Of a stretch of DNA of 64,000 nt, positions 55,421-64,000 are shown one piece after another. The notes under the pieces are model-generated. The model was not told the origin of the DNA, did not search any database, and worked only from the letters and a program-made list of their open reading frames with translations. The stretch is taken from contig OZ024741.1 of NCBI GenBank assembly GCA_964016885.1, forward strand, positions 92,628,001 to 92,692,000, given 5' to 3'. Source of the DNA: Eledone cirrhosa (taxonomy: Eukaryota). Every line of letters starts with the position of its first letter. Within the stretch, counting starts at the first letter, position 1. The translations under genes and the position numbers were made by a program.

Positions 55421-57905
55421 TCTTTATAATACTCACTCATTCCCTCTTCTTTCTACTTATTCATATACCCTTAAAGCCTTGTTAATACTAAAGCTCCACT
55501 ACATTCTTTATCTAAATTTTCAATACACAATTTCAACAATGCAATGAAATATTTCTACAGAAGCTAACCAAAAGTAGCTGATGTTGAAGAAGATAACAAT
55601 ACAGCTCACACCTATGAAGAATTAGCTGGCCTGCTACAAGGCTGCATCTCATAAGAGGCTTCTTGAGAGTTTTAATGATGGGGTTCCAGTCTTATCATGC
55701 AGAGACTCACAACTGAACCAGACACCAGTCAATTGCAAGAGTTAATCCCCAGTTCTCACTAATACTCATATTTTTCAGCTGAGTAAACTGAAGCAACATG
55801 AAATGAAGTGTCTTGCTCATTGCTCAAGGACACAATGTACACAATCAAGGAATGAAACCCACAATGTTATGACCAGGAATGCAACACCTAATTACATGCC
55901 TTCACTAGACATGTAAAAGCATAAGAAACAAAGAAAAAAAAACAAAGATTTGATGTTGTCCATATGGCAAAAAAAGTAAACATATAACAACTTTGTATTT
56001 ATTTATGAGAAAGAAGCTTAGAACAAGTGCCATGAAATGTCTGAGGTGAAAGTAGAAGAGATGTATTGAGGTTAAAGAATGTTAGATACGATAAGGGATA
56101 AAATAATTTACTCTTGATAATAAAGGTTATTTGAAATAGTTATATATAAACAAAACGAAAGAGATATTGTGAGAAATCCATTTACGCAATGCCTGTGTTA
56201 GTACTTTCATTACCATATTCCTAATAAAAGACACTGACTATGGTTTTGAAATAATTTTGAAAATAATCAAGAATTTGTTTGTTTGTTGTTGTTAAAGCTC
56301 ACAGCTATGTAAGGTTCAGCTGGCCTCCTATAAGGTTGCATTTCATAGGTTTTGGAGTATTTAGTAAAATACTAAATTTTTCATTAACCTGGTGTTTGCA
56401 ATATAACTTAACAAAATGTTCTTACATAAAATTATGGTGGAAGGCTTTTAGATAAATATAAACGCTTTAAATTATACACCTTTCATCATCATCATTTATA
56501 TTGTAGAATTAGAAGCTGTTTCAGGTAGTGATATCAAAATGGAACAGATGCAGCAACGAAGTCTGTTGATATATAGACATCAATTTTTCTGTAATGGTAT
56601 GGGTTGGACGAGACATTTTGAGACGGAATTCTATGGCCAGATGCTATTCCTGGTGCCAACCATTAGTTGCCTTTTAAGTAAAGTACAGATCTTCACACAT
56701 CCAGCTTCTGAGCAGTAAGATCTAGAAAGGCAGATCCATGCTGTCAAACAGCATCATCGGGTGCTGGATAGACCGATTGATTAAATAGCTCGGGGTCTGG
56801 TATAAGGTGACAAGCAGGGTGGTCACTCTCATTTAGAAATGGGCCAAGAGGAAGCTAACACTAAAGGTCAAGCAGAGGTGGCAAACACATACATCACTTC
56901 TATCATCTACTGCTGCCTGACTGTCGTGTTGACATCTGTCTGCACCTGCTCTTTCGCTTTTAGTGGTCATGCAATCTATTTGTTGTCAACAGTGCATGTA
57001 GAGCTGGGCATGCTGTGGTTGATGGTGTACAGACATGTTCTGAGGTTATGATAACTCCCACTTTTCCTTCATGGTGAACAGGTGTGGTCACCATTTGCTA
57101 GACATGTATTTCCTCAGCTCATCTCCTTGACAGAGCTGCAGTTCTTACACAACTGAGTGCAGTTATCTGGTGGCTTCATACACTTTTGTGAGTTCTAGGT
57201 ATCTAAATAACTTTTATTGTGGCTGTTTTATATTGTTTTGTATGCTAGTTCCATTAATTCCCTTGTCTCTCTTGCTCTTCTGCAGGAACGGGCAATCAAC
57301 ATCTGACATACGGTAGGCCACTTTATTGCATGTCAGTATTTTTCGGATCTTTGTACGTACCCATTTAATTTCACTTGGTTAATGTTCAAGCTGTAAGTTA
57401 CAACTGGGACTGCTAGGATGTTTATGCAACCTATTTTATTTTTTGCATTCAGTTCAGTCTTTAGGGTGGCTGTTACTCTCCTGATACATTCTTTTAATTG
57501 CTGTTATTATTTTTAGTATTATTAGTAGTAGCAGTATTAATCCTTTGGTGGGCTTTGAGCTCAGAATGTTTAAACCATGCTGGAACAAACTTTGCCTTTG
57601 ATTCATCCAGTGTCTATAAAATAACGTATCAGTCAAGTACTGGAGTTGATATAAACGACTTTCTCCTGCCTAGCAAAATTGCTGGCCTTATGTTTAATTT
57701 AGAACCCATTGTCATTATCATTATAATTGTTTTCTTGTGGAAGTAGAATGAGGGTCAGTTGGCTATGACCTTTACAGGCCTTCCCATATGGGTAAGAGAT
57801 CAATGAAGTTAATGTTCAGACTGAATGGTAAGATCAATACTGTTAAGAAAGGTTACAAGCTGATTGAGAGAAGGTGATGAAAAATAAGGTTCTGATTGAT
57901 TAATT

Positions 57906-57933
57906 AGAAGAAGAAGAAGAAGAAGAAGAAGAA

Positions 57934-58008
<75 letters not shown>
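57906..58008. repeat. Compound trinucleotide microsatellite (AGA)n(AGC)n(AAC)n
   Basis: Directly visible. Confidence 0.95.
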
Positions 58009-58009
<1 letters not shown>

Positions 58010-59091
58010 ATGTTTACATTCTATTGACAAACATTTACTTTACATATAGATGAGGAATAGAACAAAGTCATAAGGTCAAAGGTGACTGGATGGTGGGGAT
58101 TGATGTACATTGTACATTTGTAAATATGTTGCTTTTGATAGCTTTTGTTGCATAGCTCCAGCATTCTGACAGGAATGTGGAAATGAGATAAATCTCCACT
58201 GCTATATAAGACACTGAGCAAAGAAAGAAAGCATCTATATAGTCACTCAACCTGCTAGAAATAGCAGCCAAATCTTCTTTAACTCTTCTGATACCAAACC
58301 ACATGAAACAAAATCTGGTTTCATGATACACAGTTGTTTCTTTTAAGTAATTAATTATATTATATAATAATTGTATGTAAGAACCTTTCTTAAGTTATGT
58401 TCCAAATATAAGGTAAATACAGATAAACTGATATTGCTAAATCCCTTTTGATACCAAACTGTTTGAAACTGCCTCTGGTTTTACAATACAAAGCTTTCCA
58501 TTATAATTTTATGTAAAAACTTTTGGTAAGTTCCAGAAACGAGCTTGATAATGAGAAAATTACTTATATTACTTTAGTCAATTCTTGATTATCTTCAAAA
58601 TTATTTGAAAAACAAAGGGTTAGATAAAGAAAGTCTGCCAAACAAAGGGTTGAAAAGACTTTCCAGTTGTATCAAAGAGATGACAATATCCCTAATGTAC
58701 ATTTATATATATATATACTTTAGGGATAATATCATCTCATATATTTAAATATATGTATGTATGGTTCATGTTTCTATCCATTCGGTGTAGAAAACCTGAC
58801 CTGGCTCATGTTATATGTATATATTTATTAACAGGTTAACACTCACATTACCAGCAGTTTCAAGACAAAAACACGTTGATGTCATTACATGCTTTAGAGA
58901 AAAGTAAAACAAAATAGAGAATGGAGTCTGAGGGAGGCCATGTTGTTAATGGCTTACAATGGTTAGTTCAGGTCATGTAGTGGTTCTGGTAAGTTAGCAA
59001 CAGCATGGGGGAATTTGTGTCTCAGTGGCATCATTAATTTTTATTGAGTCCAGCGACATCCAGTGTATGTTCTCCCTCTTTTATATATATA

Positions 59092-59235
59092 CTAGCAGAA
59101 TGGCCCGGCATTGCTCGGGATTTGCTCTAGGGTTCTTATATATTTGATATATATTTATCCTTATCGAGCCTCGTGAAATAAATGTTTGTTTGTATTTTGT
59201 TATTGTGTATGCAAAAACATCTGTACACGAATATA

Positions 59236-59293
<58 letters not shown>

Positions 59294-59723
59294 TAACAGA
59301 TTAAAGTTTAAGCAAAGAATCGGTGCTTTCACCCTTAACGGGATCTTCTGAAACTAAAAAAAATCAATCTCTGTACGCAGAAGTAAATATTTCAAAAAAT
59401 GTTACACACTATATATATATATACACACACACCGCGTCATAGTGTCGTAATGCAGACAGCCAGACATACACACATTATAAGGGCGCAACGTTATATCTAT
59501 GTATCAATCTAAAAAGAGAAAGACTAAAAATTATAGAGAGAGATTGCTAAATCGCCTAATGCAGTCCCTAGGGCATTGAAAATTTGAATTTTTTTTTGCT
59601 CAAAACACTCACAGAACCATAAGTATTACATATGTAAAGTTTGAAAACAATCGGTTGGGTGGTTCTCGAGTTTTAGTGATTGGACAGACAGACAGACAGA
59701 CATTCTCTGTTTTAGATATATAG
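59092..59723 (-). mobile_element. Non-autonomous Helitron containing Penelope-like terminal fragments
   Basis: Minus strand: 5' CTATATATCTAAAAC...(TGTC)n; 3' hairpin CCCGAGCAATGCCGGG and CTAG|T at 59095-59092. Internal segments 59122-59170 and 59290-59355 match 27760-27808 and 27632-27691. Confidence 0.72.
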
Positions 59724-59910
59724 TCCACAAACATAGCTTTGTTAAAGTTTGGTGAAGAAACCAAATATTACTTAAAACAATGGGTGATGTACTAGTAATA
59801 ATAAACAAAACCAGAAAACGGGGAAGAATAAAAAAAATAATATGGTGGGGGTTGGGTAAAAGCTCAGAAATAATCTAAATTTCATGTTAAACTTTTAGAA
59901 AAGAACTTAC

Positions 59911-60047
59911 TCTCTCGAGTTCTGGTGGAGTTTCCGATCAATGTGGGCCATAATACCATCAAGAGCACCAACACTGGGTAATCCATTTTCAAAGACATTC
60001 TGAAGAACAGGAAACTCTTCAGAATCCAAACCAGATGGGGATGCCAT
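59911..60047 (-). CDS. KIAA0825: KIAA0825-like protein, first coding exon (exon spans 59911-60102 including 5' UTR)
   Basis: Minus strand: acceptor ttttccag at 60104-60103; ACCATGG start with ATG at 60047; reads MASPSGLDSEEFPVLQNVFENGLPSVGALDGIMAHIDRKLHQNSR+GA; donor GA|GTAAGT at 59911. The phase-2 end joins the next exon (A CTT GAT) to give ...NSRELDECLQ. Confidence 0.8.
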
Positions 60048-60056
60048 GGTTAAATG

Positions 60057-60086
60057 TCAGTTCAGATTAACTTCATTGTTATACAT
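60057..60086 (-). promoter_or_regulatory. Upstream ORF (MYNNEVNLN*) in the 5' UTR
   Basis: ATG TAT AAC AAT GAA GTT AAT CTG AAC TGA lies in the exon and ends 9 nt before the main ATG; an overlapping MKLI* uORF is also present. Confidence 0.5.
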
Positions 60087-60285
60087 CACAGTCAATGGTG
60101 GTCTGGAAAACAAACAAACAAAAAGATAAAAGTGACAGAAAAATAAACTGAAAAAAGGGGTCTGGAAAACAAACAAACAAAAAAGATAAAAGTGACAGAA
60201 AAATAAACTGAAAAAAGACAAGTTTGTTATTTTCCGAAAATGTTTACATACGTTGTACATGTGTATGTGTGTGAGAGTGAGAGAG

Positions 60286-60540
60286 TCATCATCATCACCG
60301 TTTTACGTCCATTCTTCCACGCTAGTATGGGTTAGACGGGTTGTCCTGTTGTGGGCAGTGTCCGGTCAGCTGACCTTGTCTTGCTCATACGGGAACTGAT
60401 TTTGGCTTGCTTTCTACAGCTGGATGCCCTTCCTAACACCAACCTCATTTACAGTGAGTGCTGGGTACTTTTTTCCCATGGCGCCTACACGTCCACTTGA
60501 CAGTGTGGGCTGGGTGCTTTTTTGCTGTGGCACCTCCACG
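60286..60540 (-). mobile_element. RTE family B 3' UTR fragment
   Basis: CATCATCACCGTTTTACGTCC...GGCACCTCCACG matches the copy at 19122. Confidence 0.85.
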
Positions 60541-60739
60541 TATGGAGAAAAATAGATACACACACACACATATATATGTATATAATGTTTAATATAGAAA
60601 TAGCTTCTACAGGTCTAGAACTGTTTCATTCAAAAGAAATCATACATAACATTATTATTATAGCCACGAGGCTATACCAGAAACTTGAGGGCCATGGATA
60701 TACATCATTCTATAGGGGCATACTATATCTACAAAATAT

Positions 60740-60980
60740 GTCATCATATAAAGAGCTATGCTGTATTTATATTAGCATATAAAGAGGTATGCTGTAGTTA
60801 TATTAGCATATATAAAGGTGCTGTATTAATATTACCCTATAAAAAGCTATACTGTATCTAAATTAGCATATAAAGAGGTATGCCATATCTACATTAGCAT
60901 ATAAAGAGGTATGCCATATCTACATTAGCATATAAAGAGATATGCTGTATCTATATTATCATATAAATGGGTATGCTTTA
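60740..60980. repeat. ~31-bp minisatellite (ATATAAAGAGGTATGCTGTATCTATATTAGC)n
   Basis: About 8 diverged units; a second ~28-bp array (AAATTATTGATATGAATGGAGTAGAGAT) lies at ~61170-61350. Confidence 0.8.
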
Positions 60981-61559
60981 TCACTGAAACTGCAGGTGGT
61001 AGAGCAAAACTGATTTGGTATCAACACCCGAAATATACCCAAAATAAGTAAAACTTTCAAGACTACAAAAACGTTGATTTTTATGTTGTTATCCAGTGAT
61101 ATTGGTAAAAATAGATATAAGTAAGACTGGATTTGAGCAAAATTTTTGTTGGGGGAAAATGGGATAGCTGTAAATTATTGCTAAGAATGGAATAGAGATA
61201 AATTATTGATATGAATGGAGTAGAGATAAATTATTGATATGAATGGATTGGAAAGAAATTATTGGTAAAAATAGAATATAAATAAATAACTGTAGATATG
61301 AATAGAGTTGAGGTAAATATATATGTCCTGGCAGGAATGAGATAGAGATATATTACTCAACAATATATCATAATAGCCAATGTATGAGTACAGGCAGTGA
61401 TTTGGTAAAGATTTCAAAATGTAGAGCAAAATGTTTTGTCATTTCTTTTCTGCCACTCCAAGTTCAAATCCCACTGAGGTCAATTTTGCCTTTCATCTTT
61501 TCAAGGTTGATAAAATAAAGTAGATTGGCATTTAGCATTTTTAGTTAAAATCCTGTGGT

Positions 61560-62010
61560 GACCTACTTGGTGGTAGACTTTTATTACGTCACCCAGTTTA
61601 AAACCACCACCAAGCTCTTAGGTCCTTTTAGCAGAGCCCGCTCTGTTGAACGCATTCAAGCTATGTCTCTGGCTTGAGGATGCTTTTCTCCTCCCTCTCA
61701 ACAGTCTTGGAAGCACTGTCTTTTCTGCTCAGACTATTACTTCTTCTCCCACTTATTCCTGAGAGGGTCATGGGGGCAGAGTCCTCAAACACTTCTTCCA
61801 ACTGGTCCTGTCAGAAGCAACCCTTTCCAACTGATCCGACTGGATCCCCAAGCAAGACCAGCCAAGCTCATGGATGTTATCCAACCATCTTGCTCAGGGT
61901 CTACCCCTGGGTTTCTTGTCGGTTGGTTTTTCCCAGAAAATCTATCCAGCGATTCTTTCCTAAGACATTCTAACCATATGCCCATAGTACCAGAGCTATA
62001 CTCACTATAA
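61560..62010 (-). mobile_element. Degenerate RTE/BovB-like LINE 3' end
   Basis: Frameshifted YGHMVRM...PRGRPRTRWLDNI motifs on the minus strand. Confidence 0.6.
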
Positions 62011-64000
62011 ACCCATTAGTCATTCAAAGAAAACAATATCATAATAGTTGATATAAGAATTTTCTTATCATTATTCCTTCTCACAACAGAATACAAAATA
62101 TTATTAATGTATTTCAATTGCTATTTGAAATGTTCAAATATTTTTTCAGGCTTATTAGTTCCCATGAGAGGCCAACCTGCTGGAGAAAAGAGTATATTAC
62201 CTACCAGTCATAACTCCTGGCAGAAGCATCACCACTTTTCTACAGACAGGAGATGAGATTTTAATTCACAACTCACAGAGTAAGAACAGATACCACAAAA
62301 CGTCTCGTCAAATACTTTAACAATTCTGCCAATCCACTACTCCTGGATTGGTACTTTATTTATTGTTCTCAAAAGAATGAAAGGCAAAGTTGACCACAAA
62401 AGTATTTGAAGGCAGAATGCAGGAGGTATTTAACACTTTTGATACCAAAGTGCTTGAAACTGTATGATACACAATTGTATGCTTTAAAATGTTTATATCT
62501 ATCTAAAAAGCTTTCATAATAATTTTATGTAAGAAACTTTATTAAATTATTCCAAAATCATAAGCATTTACTTTCATTAGAAATATGGTTATGAAAATCT
62601 TACTCCAACACTAACAACTCTAACAATTTGTCACCTAGAATATAAGAATACAATATTATAATAGACTATCTAAGAATAGAATATTTCATCAACCAGTAAG
62701 TCTTCATTATTTACTGATTTCATGTATATTTCAATGTTGTTAAATATATCACATAGAATATATAAAAGACATACATCTCCAAAAATGTAATTGGAATGCT
62801 TTGATCATAGGTTGGCTCATTGAGAGCTAACTTCAGGCTATAAACAACAACAATATCAAAGTGCTATATTTATCACAGAACATTCTCGAGTCAGCACTGG
62901 CAGAATCAATGTCAGGAGTTTTGTGGTTATATTTCTAATAAGTAGACTACCTGTACATTTGTTTCAATTCATTTATAATATAATCAAGATTTTGAAGGGA
63001 TTTAGTAAAATATCTGTAACTTTGAAAGCCCTTTCCTTCATGTCTAACCATGGGATTGCATCTAGAAAGTTTCTCTTTAAGAGGCAAACCTGGGCAAGGT
63101 ATTTTTGTGGATGACCAGCAGTTGCACATAGCATGCAAGTTTCTTCTTTCCACACCACTAATGTTGTTCAAAGGAAATGCAAGGTTTGATACAGCATGGC
63201 ACCAGTGAAATCACAGAAAAACTGAGAATGCAAAGGGCCAAAAATTTAGGCAAGGCACCATATCCAACCTAGACTGGTACTTTATTTAGTTTCCATCAAA
63301 AGATGAAAGGCAAAGTTGACCTCAGAGCTATCACAGGGTTAGAACAAATACAGCAAAGACTTTTGATCAGACACTTTTAACAACTCAGTCAATTCCCCTG
63401 TAACTTTATACATTAGTATATTATGGTGTTAACCAACTAAAATATCATATCATTCATATTATGGGATTTAGATTTTAATTTAAATATAAGTATTTTAGTA
63501 TGAGGCAAGTTACTTGTACTTGCATTGACTTTCACTCAGGATGGTATGAGTCAGTTCCAACCAACAAATACACAGCATAGTGAACAGAGGCTGTCCATGC
63601 ACAGTAATCAGATATCTAAGAAGGATAGTGTCAGCCAGGCATAATTCAAACAATAGACGTCATATATGTGAGAAACAGATATTGAAATCCAACTTAATTT
63701 TTTGTACCAATGCACATTTTCAGCTGTCTGCCTTGATATTTATGCCATCACGGATGAGTTTGGCTTGTGGGTGGCGGAGTGCAAGACCAAACCAGCAGAA
63801 GAACCTTTTGAGTATGAGTTGTTGGAATGAACTGACAAATTTCAGAGTTTGGCACAAAATCTAATGTGTGAACAAGGAGGATTCATGTTAAGGCAAAATT
63901 GGACAAACACTTCCAGCTTGTGTAAGTCCATCGTTCTCATTGTCCACATCCAACAGCCATATATAGAAGGATGGTGTGAACCAGCACTCAGTAAATATAA

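Overview
AT-rich, repeat-dense eukaryotic (metazoan) DNA. The mix of (AT)n microsatellites, RTE LINEs, tRNA-derived SINEs and Penelope-like elements suggests a mollusc, probably a coleoid cephalopod such as octopus (inference). One host gene lies on the minus strand: five phase-compatible coding exons (60047-59911, 15928-15757, 15030-14819, 9146-9008, 2910-2331) splice into the N-terminal ~413 aa of a KIAA0825-like protein, which continues left of the window. Its ~44-kb first coding intron holds a cluster of recent retroelements. These include at least 8 copies of RTE-clade LINEs with a C4HC3 PHD-like finger inside the reverse transcriptase region, nearly all bounded by (TA)n tracts, and three concatenated Penelope-like GIY-YIG fragments. 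It also holds several minimal type I hammerhead ribozyme motifs (one fully canonical and sense to the host pre-mRNA, plus variant-core motifs), many 35-200 bp fold-back palindromes, two non-autonomous Helitrons, SINE families (one carrying the RTE 3' tail) and TTAA-flanked MITEs. Most long ORFs in the supplied track are microsatellite artefacts. Family assignments rest on motif recognition, not on database searches.
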